Source: a virus (lineage: Duplodnaviria > Caudoviricetes). From it: a stretch of 64,000 nt of DNA. The notes under the pieces are model-generated. The model was given only the letters and a program-made list of their open reading frames with translations, made no database searches and was not told where the DNA came from. Every line of letters begins with the position of its first letter. Positions within the stretch are counted from its first letter, which is position 1. The DNA lies in the IMG/VR virus record IMGVR_UViG_3300033074_001542, positions 6,068-70,067 of that record, one strand, 5' to 3'. A program made the position numbers and the translations under genes. Of the stretch, positions 1-8,958 are shown piece by piece.

Positions 1-874
1 AGAACGTCTCGCCATCCCAGGCACCCCAGTAGAACGCCGACCAGGAGCTGAACCCCCAGTCTCCGGCGAGGTACCGCGGCCACCAGGGCTTGATCTCGGG
101 CGGGTCCTGGACGACGTCGTCCTCGCGGAAGACGTCAAAGTAGACGCCCGCAAGGATGTTCCAATCGCCCTGCCGCCAGGCCCGGTAGAGGTTCTCGTCA
201 CCGACGAGGGCCAGGCGGGCGTCGTACATCGGGTCGTTCTTGACGAGGATCTTGTTGTCCTCGAGAACGGCCGGGATGAAAACGCTCGTGATCCAGACGT
301 TCGGCGCGAGCTTTGGCTGAGGCTGCCAGTGCCTGAGGTTCCAGGCCCCATGCCGGATGTACCGGTCATAGATCCACCCGTGGCCGGCGCCCCCCGGGTT
401 CGCCGTCATCCTGCGGTAAACGGGAATGCCGTCCGGCGAGCGGAGCGCGCCAAACAGCTTGTCGAGGGGCTCGGAGACCGGGAAGTTTCCAGCCTCGTCG
501 ATCGCGATGTAGGTCATCGAGTAACCCATGTACCGCTCGGCATCGCGATCGTCCTCGATGTAGGTCATCCGGCACGTCCCGCCAGAGGGGAACGTCCAGG
601 TCTCCTTGCTCTCGGCCCAGGTCGCGCCCAGCTTCGGGTAGATCTCCTGGGCGCGCCGGTGGACCTCGGTCATCTCCGTGAGCGTGCGGCGGAGGAAAAG
701 AGCCCGGAACTTGTCTCCGTACTGGCCCGCCTTGATGGCGATGTCCCCCAGCAGGAAGTCAGACTTTCCACCGCCGCGCGCGCCACCATACAAGAGGTCG
801 AGAGCCGTACAGTTTACCGCGATCGTCTGGGGACCGGGTTGCGGCTCCCAGGCGATCAACCTACTTTTTGTCAC
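1..874 (-). CDS. terL: Terminase large subunit, N-terminal part (truncated by the window edge; not in the ORF track)
   Basis: Manual translation from GTG at 874: VTKSRLIAWEPQPGPQTIAVNCTALDLLYGGARGGGKSDFLL (Walker A) ... YIAIDEAG (Walker B) ... MTANPGGAGHGW (coupling motif) ... YLAGDWG (start of nuclease domain). The frame is open to position 1. Confidence 0.93.
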   Translation of the reverse strand, partial: MTKSRLIAWEPQPGPQTIAVNCTALDLLYGGARGGGKSDFLLGDIAIKAGQYGDKFRALFLRRTLTEMTEVHRRAQEIYPKLGATWAESKETWTFPSGGTCRMTYIEDDRDAERYMGYSMTYIAIDEAGNFPVSEPLDKLFGALRSPDGIPVYRRMTANPGGAGHGWIYDRYIRHGAWNLRHWQPQPKLAPNVWITSVFIPAVLEDNKILVKNDPMYDARLALVGDENLYRAWRQGDWNILAGVYFDVFREDDVVQDPPEIKPWWPRYLAGDWGFSSWSAFYWGAWDGETF

Positions 875-1259
875 GGACCACCCCGTTCTCCGCCAGGAGC
901 TTCTCCCACTGTTCCGTTCCCGTCAGCTTCGGGTCCGCGGTCGGAAGGGGAAGGACCACCACGTACGACTGCTTCCTCTCGTTCGGGTCCGCTTTCCGGA
1001 GCACCGGGCCCTCTGTCCTGTCGATTATTTCCTTGACCGCCGCTGCCCCGCCAGCTCCATCCGACACCGCCCTCCGGACCATCGCCACCGCCAGGCGGTC
1101 GGTCATCGTGTACTGCCGTTTCTCCTTGCGAACCACCTGACGGAAGTGTTCCTCCGCGAACTGCTCCTCCGTCTGCCCCGGCGCCCACGACACCTTCAGT
1201 ACTGACCGTATCGCCTCCGTGATCCCCACTCCCTTGTCTTGGTCCTTGTCCTCCGCCAT
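861..1259 (-). CDS. Probable terminase small subunit
   Basis: 132 aa, directly upstream of terL, GGGAGG RBS before the ATG, helical AVKEIIDRTEG segment typical of TerS. The call is mainly positional. Confidence 0.6.
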   Translation of the reverse strand: MAEDKDQDKGVGITEAIRSVLKVSWAPGQTEEQFAEEHFRQVVRKEKRQYTMTDRLAVAMVRRAVSDGAGGAAAVKEIIDRTEGPVLRKADPNERKQSYVVVLPLPTADPKLTGTEQWEKLLAENGVVRDKK

Positions 1260-3327
1260 TCGGCCTCCCGGTGATAACCGCGAGCTTCCAAATGAGCGCC
1301 CCGCGAGGACCGGGCTCGGCTATCACGTCAAAATTAGAACGCATCTCCTGCAAAGCCTCAATCAACGTGGCCCGCTTGGAAGCAACGAGGTCGTGCAGCT
1401 GGTTCGTCGAGATCTCCGGGTTCGACCGAAGAGCCTTGACGATCCGCTCCTTCACGGCAGCAAGCTGAGCCTTCTGCCTGGGCGTGGCCGCATCGAGCGC
1501 GTTGCCTTCTGGCTGCTGCCCTTCCTCGCTGAATGTTGCGCGTGGCTTGGCGAACTTCACGTAGAACTTCACCCCTGTTCCTCCTAACCTGGACTTGGGG
1601 ATCTGGATGGTCACGAACTCGTCGATCGACCCCGTCAAGAACAACTGAACGTCCGATTGGTATTCGATACCACTCCCGCCAGCCCCGCTCGACAGCGGAT
1701 CGTCGCGATCCTTTTCGTTGCGTGACCGGTAGGAACCACGGGTTGCCTGCGAACAGATGATCGTTATCCATCCACGTCGCCTCGTCTCCTGCTTCAAGAA
1801 CTCCATGAGTTCGTTGATCCGTTCCCACTGCTGCTTCTTGGGGGGCCTGTTTTTTGAGAGGACCGCAACCTGAGCCGAATCGATAACGAGCACCGGCTGC
1901 TTGTCGCCAGCTCGCTCGTCCACGATCTCGAACATCTTCTCGACCGTCACGTCGGGAAGATCCGGATCGAGCATGTGGTAGGAGTAAGAGGCGACCTTGG
2001 TCGCACACGCAGCCTCATCGGTCGGGTCCCTGTCCTCGAGCTTCGCGCGATCAAACCCGAGCATCTGGCCGATACGGATCGCAGACGCTTCCGGGCCCTC
2101 GTCCTTCCAGAGCGCGAACACCTCGCAGCCCTCGTGGACGGCCATGAAAAACGAGATCTGCGTGGCCAGGTTGGTCTTGCCGGCCCCGGGCTTCCCCACG
2201 ATGGAGATCACCTTGCCGGCCGGGATCCCACGCGTAACCCTGTCAACCGTCGGGATCCCCGTCCTGTATCGGGTCGTGACCGAGTCTCTCTTGAGAAGAA
2301 CATCCGATACCGAGAGGACCATCTCCAGAGGACGCTCGGATGGTTTCTGCTTCGCCGGTTCGGGCTGATCCAGTGGCATCTCGACCTGCGACCATGAAGC
2401 GGACTGTGAGACCATCCCGGGGATCGGCTCACGCCTCGGTCTCGAGAAGGCCTGCTCATAAGAAGCCTTCAGCTCGACCAGGGTGTAGGGATGATCGAAC
2501 TTTCCGATAGCATCGAGCTGCCGGTGGTACTGCCGCATGAGCACCCAGGCCGAGTGCCGCGGAATCCCGGCGTCACGAAGCTGGCAGGCCAGGGCAAATC
2601 CCATGTCGTTTCGGCCAGTCCCAGCGACCACCTTCTTCAGCGCCCAGGCGACGAGGGCCGACCCGTCCCGATCAATCTTCTCTGCGTCCATGACGCCCTC
2701 GAAAAGACCCTCCGGGGGCGGGGATGTCGATTCAGTCTTCCCTGGTCGCGCGAGGGCCCTCATCCACGCGGGGGCGGACGCGGGGGTGACGTCATCCGGG
2801 TGGGCATCCACGTTCCAGCAGTACTCGCGCCCGGACTCATGGAGGGAAGGAGGTGCCACGACGTAGGCGCCGTCGCTCCGAACGTCGAGCCCCTGGCCGA
2901 GGATGTTCGACCCGGTCCGCCACTTCTCGTCGTAGCGGTAGTACTGGTGAGAGCCGTTCCCTGTGAACGCTTCCACCGTGAGGGGTAGGCTGCCGCTCGC
3001 CTTCTCGAGGTCCGCAATCGTCTCGTCACCCAGGTGCCTGATGTCGACGTCGACCACGTTGATCCCGGAAACAGCGCCAGTCCGGACTCCAACGTTGGCG
3101 GTTGGCCAGCGTTGCCACCACGCGATGATGACGGACTCGTCCGTCGTCGCGTCCTTCAGCCCGCCCGAGACCCTCGGATGCTTACCAGGTGAAGGGCACG
3201 AAGCCCCGCGCGGGCAGGTGCATTGGCCGGCGCGGGGCTCGTACAGCGGAAAAACGTGCCACCCTCTCCTGGCGTAGGAGAGGGCGGCGGATAGCATGGC
3301 ACCCTGTTCTGCGACGCGGGGCACCAC
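871..3327 (-). CDS. Bifunctional primase-polymerase (Prim-Pol) fused to a DnaB-like SF4 helicase, with a C-terminal winged helix
   Basis: N-term RRGWHVFPL..CTC..C.SPGKHP..WWQRWPTANVGVRTG..VVDVD..TGNGSHQYY (Prim-Pol); GTGRND (PriCT-like); TGIPTVD..GKPGAGKT (Walker A); VLVIDSAQ (Walker B); IEYQSDVQLFL. Confidence 0.9.
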   Translation of the reverse strand: MVPRVAEQGAMLSAALSYARRGWHVFPLYEPRAGQCTCPRGASCPSPGKHPRVSGGLKDATTDESVIIAWWQRWPTANVGVRTGAVSGINVVDVDIRHLGDETIADLEKASGSLPLTVEAFTGNGSHQYYRYDEKWRTGSNILGQGLDVRSDGAYVVAPPSLHESGREYCWNVDAHPDDVTPASAPAWMRALARPGKTESTSPPPEGLFEGVMDAEKIDRDGSALVAWALKKVVAGTGRNDMGFALACQLRDAGIPRHSAWVLMRQYHRQLDAIGKFDHPYTLVELKASYEQAFSRPRREPIPGMVSQSASWSQVEMPLDQPEPAKQKPSERPLEMVLSVSDVLLKRDSVTTRYRTGIPTVDRVTRGIPAGKVISIVGKPGAGKTNLATQISFFMAVHEGCEVFALWKDEGPEASAIRIGQMLGFDRAKLEDRDPTDEAACATKVASYSYHMLDPDLPDVTVEKMFEIVDERAGDKQPVLVIDSAQVAVLSKNRPPKKQQWERINELMEFLKQETRRRGWITIICSQATRGSYRSRNEKDRDDPLSSGAGGSGIEYQSDVQLFLTGSIDEFVTIQIPKSRLGGTGVKFYVKFAKPRATFSEEGQQPEGNALDAATPRQKAQLAAVKERIVKALRSNPEISTNQLHDLVASKRATLIEALQEMRSNFDVIAEPGPRGALIWKLAVITGRPNGGGQGPRQGSGDHGGDTVSTEGVVGAGADGGAVRGGTLPSGGSQGETAVHDDRPPGGGDGPEGGVGWSWRGSGGQGNNRQDRGPGAPESGPEREEAVVRGGPSPSDRGPEADGNGTVGEAPGGERGGP

Positions 3328-3335
3328 TTAGAGCC

Positions 3336-3725
3336 CTAGTCGAACGGTGTCTTGGCGAACAGAGAGGCGAAGACGGAGGCGGAAGAAGCCTTGCGCTCCT
3401 GCCCATTCAGCCACTTCACCTTGATCCTCGACTTCCCCTCGTAGTCATCCGACTCGGTCTCGATCGTGGCCTTCTTGCCAGCGAGGAGGACCGCAGGATC
3501 CTCCCAGAACTCCTCGCTCTCGAGGACGTCCGGCTCGATGCCAAACGCCTTCATCCGCTTCACGAAGTTTTCCTTGGTCTTGTCCGAGATCCACTCCGTG
3601 TGCCAGATCAGGTCCTCGCCCTTGTCGGCCCTCAGCTTGAATCCCAGGCCCGGGGTGCCCTTGCCGCTCTCGGTGCGGTAGGCATCCATCACGATCACAT
3701 CGAACTTTCCAACTCCGAATCCCAT
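3336..3725 (-). CDS. Phage single-stranded DNA-binding protein (DUF669-like OB fold)
   Basis: 129 aa with the pattern ESGKGTPGL.FKL..LLAGKKATIETESDDYEGKSRIKVK and a C-terminal PF; lies next to the primase-helicase. Confidence 0.65.
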   Translation of the reverse strand: MGFGVGKFDVIVMDAYRTESGKGTPGLGFKLRADKGEDLIWHTEWISDKTKENFVKRMKAFGIEPDVLESEEFWEDPAVLLAGKKATIETESDDYEGKSRIKVKWLNGQERKASSASVFASLFAKTPFD

Positions 3726-3735
3726 CTCATCTCCT

Positions 3736-4818
3736 TCAATCTACCGGAACTAGTTTCTTGGTCGGGGTTGATGTCACCATGGACTTGAGCAGATCCTTGG
3801 GGGGCTTGAACTCCTCCTCGATCTGCGGGGGCGTCTTCAGCTTGAGCGTGAAAACCCTGTCGCCGTAACGCTCGCGAAGAACGGTCTCGGCCGCCGCCGG
3901 ATCGACCCATTTTCGCGCGCCGTTGCGGCCCCTGCCGATGCTCCAACCGGGAACGGTACCACCGGTCTCGAGTGTCGCCCAGGCCCTTTTCTCGACCTGA
4001 TCAAGGATGGCCTGGGCCGCCTCGACGCGCTCTTTCCAGCGTGTCAAGAATTCGCCGACACCGGTCGTAGAAAGTGCCGTCGCATACTCCTTGGGGGTGA
4101 GCTGGACCGTGGCCAGGTCAGAGGCTTCGACCATACTCATCTCGAGAACCGGGCAGGTCACAGCCCGCAAGCAGTACTTGCAGGAAGAGTTGGCGGTCCA
4201 GCTTCTCTCCGTCGACTTCTTCACCTTCTCGATGATCTCGACGGCCTCCCTGTAGGTCTCCTCGACCAGGTTGTCCGCCACATGGAACCCGGTCTTCTCC
4301 GTGAACTCCTTGTCGAGCTCGACGCGCCAAAGGTCAACCTCGACGATCTCCGGGAACTCCCTCTTGAGACCACAGAAGTACAAGGCCATCTGGATCATGT
4401 CAAACCCGCGGTCTGTGTAACCCGTCTTCCAGTCCCCCACCACGACCGCGGTGTCGTGGAACACACCACCCTCCGGATCAAACTTGCGCTTCCCGACGAT
4501 CGCCCAATCCAGCGTACCCCAGACGCTCGGAAGGTCTGTGTAAACACGTCGCTGGACAAAGACTGTTGGGTTGGGGAGAAAGAGATCTAAGGCCTCCTGG
4601 AAGACCTTGAGACCGTACTCGACCTGATCCTGTAGCTCGGCCGGAACGTCGGGATACAGCCCGGAGATCAGGGCGGATAGGCAGGAATCTGTGGAGTTGC
4701 CACGGTCGGCATCTGAAGAGAACACACCGGATAGGAAGCCGGTGCATTTCTTCCAGTGGGGGAAGCTTGATGGCGGGAATTTGGAGTGCAGGACCATCAT
4801 CTCCGGGCCGTCCATCAT
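3736..4818 (-). CDS. PD-(D/E)XK exonuclease (DUF2800/Cas4-like)
   Basis: GTLD..VVGDWKTG..QMALY and a C-terminal CKYC....TCP cysteine cluster. Confidence 0.85.
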   Translation of the reverse strand: MMDGPEMMVLHSKFPPSSFPHWKKCTGFLSGVFSSDADRGNSTDSCLSALISGLYPDVPAELQDQVEYGLKVFQEALDLFLPNPTVFVQRRVYTDLPSVWGTLDWAIVGKRKFDPEGGVFHDTAVVVGDWKTGYTDRGFDMIQMALYFCGLKREFPEIVEVDLWRVELDKEFTEKTGFHVADNLVEETYREAVEIIEKVKKSTERSWTANSSCKYCLRAVTCPVLEMSMVEASDLATVQLTPKEYATALSTTGVGEFLTRWKERVEAAQAILDQVEKRAWATLETGGTVPGWSIGRGRNGARKWVDPAAAETVLRERYGDRVFTLKLKTPPQIEEEFKPPKDLLKSMVTSTPTKKLVPVD

Positions 4819-5018
4819 AGCTCCTCGTCGAGCAGTGGCATCTGCCTGCGCTCGAGATCGATCTTGTCTTCAAGAGTCTCGATCTTGCGATCGAGACTCT
4901 CTAGACGTTGCTCCTCGAACACGGACAGCCATCGCTTTCCCTCGGTGATCGCCTTGCGCTGCTTCTTCGCAGTCTTCAGCTTCTCCTCCAGGGCGGCAAT
5001 GATGTCCTGATGACTCAC
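4815..5018 (-). CDS. Small coiled-coil hypothetical protein
   Basis: 67 aa with ATGA coupling to the downstream gene. Confidence 0.55.
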   Translation of the reverse strand: MSHQDIIAALEEKLKTAKKQRKAITEGKRWLSVFEEQRLESLDRKIETLEDKIDLERRQMPLLDEEL

Positions 5019-5308
5019 CGTTTACGCCTCTTGAATTCCTTGGGAGCGGGCAGCGGCTCGACGACCGGCTTCGGCGGCTCAGGGACGGGCGGCGATGTCG
5101 GCTTCGCGGGCATCCGGAGCCGGTTTACCTCGGTCGCCAGCGTCCTGATGATGTTCGTGAGCTGGGCCAGCTCCGGGAACGTCAGGATCACGCTGCTCGG
5201 CGTGAAATTCATGTACATGAGGTTGGCGATCCCCTCGCTCGAGAGGATGTCGACCTTCTTGACTTCGGGAGCCGGCAGCGCCGGCACGGGCTTCTGGTTT
5301 CGCTTCAT
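5015..5308 (-). CDS. Pro-rich basic hypothetical protein
   Basis: Start refined to MKRNQKP at 5308; overlaps the stop of the MazG-like gene. Confidence 0.55.
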   Translation of the reverse strand: MKRNQKPVPALPAPEVKKVDILSSEGIANLMYMNFTPSSVILTFPELAQLTNIIRTLATEVNRLRMPAKPTSPPVPEPPKPVVEPLPAPKEFKRRKR

Positions 5309-5751
5309 TTCTCCACCTTCACGTTGATGTTTCCGGTTGTTGGATTGGCCTGCCAATCCCGGTGCTTGACTTCCATCCATGTGGACCTGAGGGCTTCTGC
5401 TGCATCGATCCCAAGATGCGAGCAGAAGTTGACGAGGAAGATCATCTGGTCGCCCACGGCGTCGATCATGGCTTCGTGATGGGCGAATTTGGGGCCACGA
5501 ATGTTCTGCGTCGCCTTGAGGTAGGCGTGCGCCAGCTCGCCCACCTCCTCGACGACGCCCATGAGGGGCTGCCAGGGGACCTGGCCCGGGAAGTTGAGCT
5601 TCGTCCACTCCCAGGCCTCCCGCTGCACGGCCGACAGCACATCTGCGCTCTGGGGAAGGATCGTGAGCTTGCTGGAGGTGACCGTCCTGAGATTCCCGAG
5701 CGCGATCCCGACCATGATGCCGACCACGGAGCCGGCCAGGAACGTCATCAT
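5305..5751 (-). CDS. mazG: MazG-like nucleotide pyrophosphohydrolase with an N-terminal hydrophobic segment
   Basis: GVVEEVGELAHA..DAVGD acidic motif; start refined to the ATG at 5751 (ATGA overlap). Confidence 0.85.
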   Translation of the reverse strand: MMTFLAGSVVGIMVGIALGNLRTVTSSKLTILPQSADVLSAVQREAWEWTKLNFPGQVPWQPLMGVVEEVGELAHAYLKATQNIRGPKFAHHEAMIDAVGDQMIFLVNFCSHLGIDAAEALRSTWMEVKHRDWQANPTTGNINVKVEK

Positions 5752-6215
5752 TTGATCCGGCACAGCGGCACATTCTCCTGCCAGGGATCGTTGACGTGCA
5801 CCGAATACTCGGGCCACGGAACCTTGGTGATAGGGAGCTTCCCCTTGTGCTTGCGCATCCGGAACTCCTTCCAGGTTTCGATGTGACTGGGAGCGGTGTA
5901 GGGGCGACGCTTCACGGCCGCGGGGTTCTCGATGACGCCAGAAGCCCTGGCCGCAATAACGGCGTAGGTGACCACCTTCTTGGTGAACCCGGTGTCAGCC
6001 ACGATCTCTTCGGGGGTGCGCCCCTGACGGAGGTAGTCGATGATGATCTTCCGGCGCTCCCTGGACGCCCTGCGACGGGCTGACCCCGCAGAGATATCCA
6101 CCATCGACGCGTAAACAGAAGACCGGCACGTCCGGCACTCGGTCTTTCCGTTCTTCCTGACGTAGGCGTTTTCGCCATCGACCAGATGCCCGTGCTTGCA
6201 GATCCGGGGCCTCAC
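5748..6215 (-). CDS. Zinc-finger plus HTH DNA-binding protein
   Basis: CKHGH..ENAY....G..ECRTC motif (usually seen appended to phage HNH proteins), followed by the HTH IIDYLRQGRTPEEIVADTGFTKKVV. Confidence 0.65.
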   Translation of the reverse strand: MRPRICKHGHLVDGENAYVRKNGKTECRTCRSSVYASMVDISAGSARRRASRERRKIIIDYLRQGRTPEEIVADTGFTKKVVTYAVIAARASGVIENPAAVKRRPYTAPSHIETWKEFRMRKHKGKLPITKVPWPEYSVHVNDPWQENVPLCRIK

Positions 6216-7060
6216 GCGCCACCCCTCTTGAGGATGCCCTCCTTGGCAACATAGGCCCTGACGAGGTTGATCGTCTTGAGCCCGGACTCACGGACTTCCT
6301 TCTGGACGACAGAAAGCTCTTCGAGCGTGGCAGCGGCCTGGATGTCGGCCAAGAATTTCTGTTCGAGCGTGTCACCCTCGGAAGGCTTCTTGTCCTTGGC
6401 CGGCGGGAGGACGACCTCCCCGTCGAGAACCGGCGCCTCCGGTTGTGGCTCAGGCTGCGGCTCCTGCACCGGCTCGGCCGGGTCGACGATCGGCGTGATC
6501 TCGACGGTCGGAACCGACGTCGTCTCGCCGAACTCATCACGGATGGTGAGCCCCTTGAGGACGTCAGCGAACACATCACGGAGGGTGAACCCCCTCGCGC
6601 GCATCTTCAACATGCGACCCGGGTATTGCTTGTGGACTGCCTTGGAATCGAGACCGGCCCGCTTCGCGTCCTTCTCGCTGAAGGAGTTCGAAATCGGCTT
6701 CGGGTCCCCGCGGCGATGGACAGTGCAGGTCGCGGTCAGCCCGTTCACCAGATCAACCACCATCGTTTCCTCGATAAAGATCAGAAGCCCGCTCGCGCGA
6801 ACGAGACCGAGAGCAAGGTCCCCGTAAACCTGAGGCTTCCCGTTCACGACAGCGATGCTTTGCATTGCCTGGAACGGGCTGACGCCGAGCTCCATGCCGA
6901 GCTGCAACGCGATGAACACGTTGGCCGGCTTGCCCCGGTACTCGGTCGGGATCAGGTCGCTCTTCGAGACCATCTCGCAGAAGCGAAGGGCCTCATCGAA
7001 CGACCTTGGGATGAGCGCCGAACCGAGTCCGGTCGGCGTGGCTTTGACAATGTCTCCCAT
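6212..7060 (-). CDS. recT: RecT-like ssDNA-annealing recombinase
   Basis: SDLIPTEYRGKPANVFIALQLGMELGVSPFQAMQSIAVVNGKPQVYGD..YPGRMLKMRARGFTLRDVFADVLKGL. Confidence 0.85.
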   Translation of the reverse strand: MGDIVKATPTGLGSALIPRSFDEALRFCEMVSKSDLIPTEYRGKPANVFIALQLGMELGVSPFQAMQSIAVVNGKPQVYGDLALGLVRASGLLIFIEETMVVDLVNGLTATCTVHRRGDPKPISNSFSEKDAKRAGLDSKAVHKQYPGRMLKMRARGFTLRDVFADVLKGLTIRDEFGETTSVPTVEITPIVDPAEPVQEPQPEPQPEAPVLDGEVVLPPAKDKKPSEGDTLEQKFLADIQAAATLEELSVVQKEVRESGLKTINLVRAYVAKEGILKRGGA

Positions 7061-7081
7061 CAGAGTCTCTCCTTGACTTAG

Positions 7082-7110
7082 ATGCTACCGCGAAGATTTC
7101 GCGGAGTCAA
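7082..7110 (-). promoter_or_regulatory. Sigma-70-type promoter with a palindromic spacer, upstream of recT
   Basis: The minus strand reads TTGACT-ccgcgaaatcttcgcgg (17 nt)-TAGCAT, followed by the RBS AAGGAG and the ATG at 7060. Confidence 0.65.
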
Positions 7111-7601
7111 CGCATATTATTCACGACACACGTCATGCAGGCGACATCCCCGTGGCGACTAACCTTCCAGTTGGTGGATCCGCAAGCGGGGCAGAGGTTC
7201 TGCGCGAGCTTCTTTCCCCGGGCCCGCCGGACCGCCCGATCTCGAGACGCCTTGACGGGATCGGCGTGAAGACGCGCCTTCATGCAGGCGGCGCAGATAA
7301 GCTCGTCCTCGTCGACCAGCTTGTGGCAGTCGATGCAGACCCAGCCCATGCAACTCTCCCCGCCGGGAACGTCCGTGACCAGCGTAAGAAGACCGTCAGC
7401 CCGTGGCCGCCACTCCGAGATACCTTTCCGCAGGACGGCCTCAGCCTCATCCTGGTCCATGGCGAACTCGACGGTCACCAGATGGACGTAACACGACTCG
7501 CACCAGGCGATCCCGGCGGCCGCCCCGAGGACCTCCTCGACGCGAATCGCCACGGCCTTGCCGCCACAGCACGGACACCTCGAGACACCGCGCGTCAGCA
7601 C
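7107..7601 (-). CDS. Multi zinc-ribbon protein (Lar-like N-terminus)
   Basis: Four CxxC pairs of motifs: CPCCGG..CESC, CIDC..CAAC, CPACG..CMTC. Confidence 0.55.
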   Translation of the reverse strand: MLTRGVSRCPCCGGKAVAIRVEEVLGAAAGIAWCESCYVHLVTVEFAMDQDEAEAVLRKGISEWRPRADGLLTLVTDVPGGESCMGWVCIDCHKLVDEDELICAACMKARLHADPVKASRDRAVRRARGKKLAQNLCPACGSTNWKVSRHGDVACMTCVVNNMR

Positions 7602-8317
7602 ACGATCCCCACGCCGGACGTCTTTGTCGCGCCGACGAACTCGGCCTCGTAGCGCGCGGAGTTGAAGAGATGAACGGACCGCGGTCCCAGCGGCCTCGGC
7701 CCGCCGGCCTTTCTTTCTTCAGGCGCAAGCCCCTCCACAACCAACGTCCACTCCGGCGGGAGCGAATCCAGTATGGATGCGATACGCGCAGCCATGGCAT
7801 ACCTATCCGACGTTACTTTTCTTCTAGCCTCCGAGAACTTGCTCCAATTTTTATTGAGAAGACCTGTACCGTGCGGGGGCTTGAACGTAGTGAAGTTATG
7901 ACTCGCCAGGGTGCTACCGAAACAAAGTAGAAAAGCACGCGTAGAAACAAACTTCACCGCGTACATGTCATCCTGCAAATACACATGAAACAAATCGGAT
8001 GCAGGAGAAAAAGGACCGAGAACCCACCCCTCGTCCAGCGCACTCCATTCCCAATGCTCCAGCTTATCCCCAACCACACCGGGCCAAAAAGGTCCGTACT
8101 TGACCTTCTTCGGGCGCGCGACCGTCTTTATGGCGTTGACATCACCAAGTCGCCAGAGACGACCAATCCCCTGGACGTCAACGACGCGCAGGACCTTGTT
8201 GTAGGTCTCCGGGAAAGGGAACTCCCAGTAAGCCCACTTGCAAATAGGGTTGTCACCGGGGCCCTTGCGCATGTTTCGCCTACGCGAACGCCAGCCGGAC
8301 ACACTACTTTTTTCCAT
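7595..8317 (-). CDS. Hypothetical protein
   Basis: Open frame between the RuvC-like and Zn-ribbon genes; start uncertain (8317 or 8270). Confidence 0.45.
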   Translation of the reverse strand: MEKSSVSGWRSRRRNMRKGPGDNPICKWAYWEFPFPETYNKVLRVVDVQGIGRLWRLGDVNAIKTVARPKKVKYGPFWPGVVGDKLEHWEWSALDEGWVLGPFSPASDLFHVYLQDDMYAVKFVSTRAFLLCFGSTLASHNFTTFKPPHGTGLLNKNWSKFSEARRKVTSDRYAMAARIASILDSLPPEWTLVVEGLAPEERKAGGPRPLGPRSVHLFNSARYEAEFVGATKTSGVGIVC

Positions 8318-8762
8318 ATTCAGCCGCGGCGACCAGCGCGATGAAACGCGCGTCCACCTCGTCCTCCGGAAGAACCTCACCCCAGAGCTCTTCGCCGGCC
8401 GCGACCATCTTCGCCTTGTCCGCGTTTCCCTTGCCGGTCGCGAACTTCTTGATGGTCCCGACGGGGATGGCGTAGTAAGGAATGCCGCAAGACTCACCCT
8501 GCTTCTGGATGAGGCCGGTCAAGGCTCCGTAAACGTGCGCCGCGTCGGTTCCGGCGTGGCGACGGACCTCCTCGTAGGCGATGAGGTCGACGCCGAACAT
8601 GGCTTCGGCGAGGTGGCGCTCGAAACGCAGAAGCCGCATCCCCCCGCCCTCGTGCCGGCGAGTGGATAAGTCCCAGACGCCCGAGGCCACGAACTTACCG
8701 TCATCCCAAACGGCGTAGCCACAATGAGTACCAGGGTCGATGGCGAGGATTCTTTTACCCAC
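8304..8762 (-). CDS. ruvC: RuvC-like Holliday junction resolvase
   Basis: ILAIDPG..G.A, IAYEEV, IKKFATGKGNADKAKM, DEVDA. Confidence 0.9.
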   Translation of the reverse strand: MGKRILAIDPGTHCGYAVWDDGKFVASGVWDLSTRRHEGGGMRLLRFERHLAEAMFGVDLIAYEEVRRHAGTDAAHVYGALTGLIQKQGESCGIPYYAIPVGTIKKFATGKGNADKAKMVAAGEELWGEVLPEDEVDARFIALVAAAEYGKK

Positions 8763-8958
8763 AGAAATGCACCTGTTCCCTTCCGTCCTTGGCCTTCCGG
8801 CGCTTCATGTACCGGGCGATCCGGTTGACCTCGCGCCGGGTCGGCGGCCGGTTCCAGAGTGCCCTCCCGTTCGGCGTCGTCATCATGTAGGTGCCGAGGT
8901 TGATTCCGGGGCCGGCCTCGACAGGCCCGACCCCGCGATGTGTCGTGATCTCTCTCAT
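8755..8958 (-). CDS. Small basic hypothetical protein
   Basis: MREITTHRG start at 8958 with ATGA overlap and a GGAGG RBS. Confidence 0.5.
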   Translation of the reverse strand: MREITTHRGVGPVEAGPGINLGTYMMTTPNGRALWNRPPTRREVNRIARYMKRRKAKDGREQVHFCG

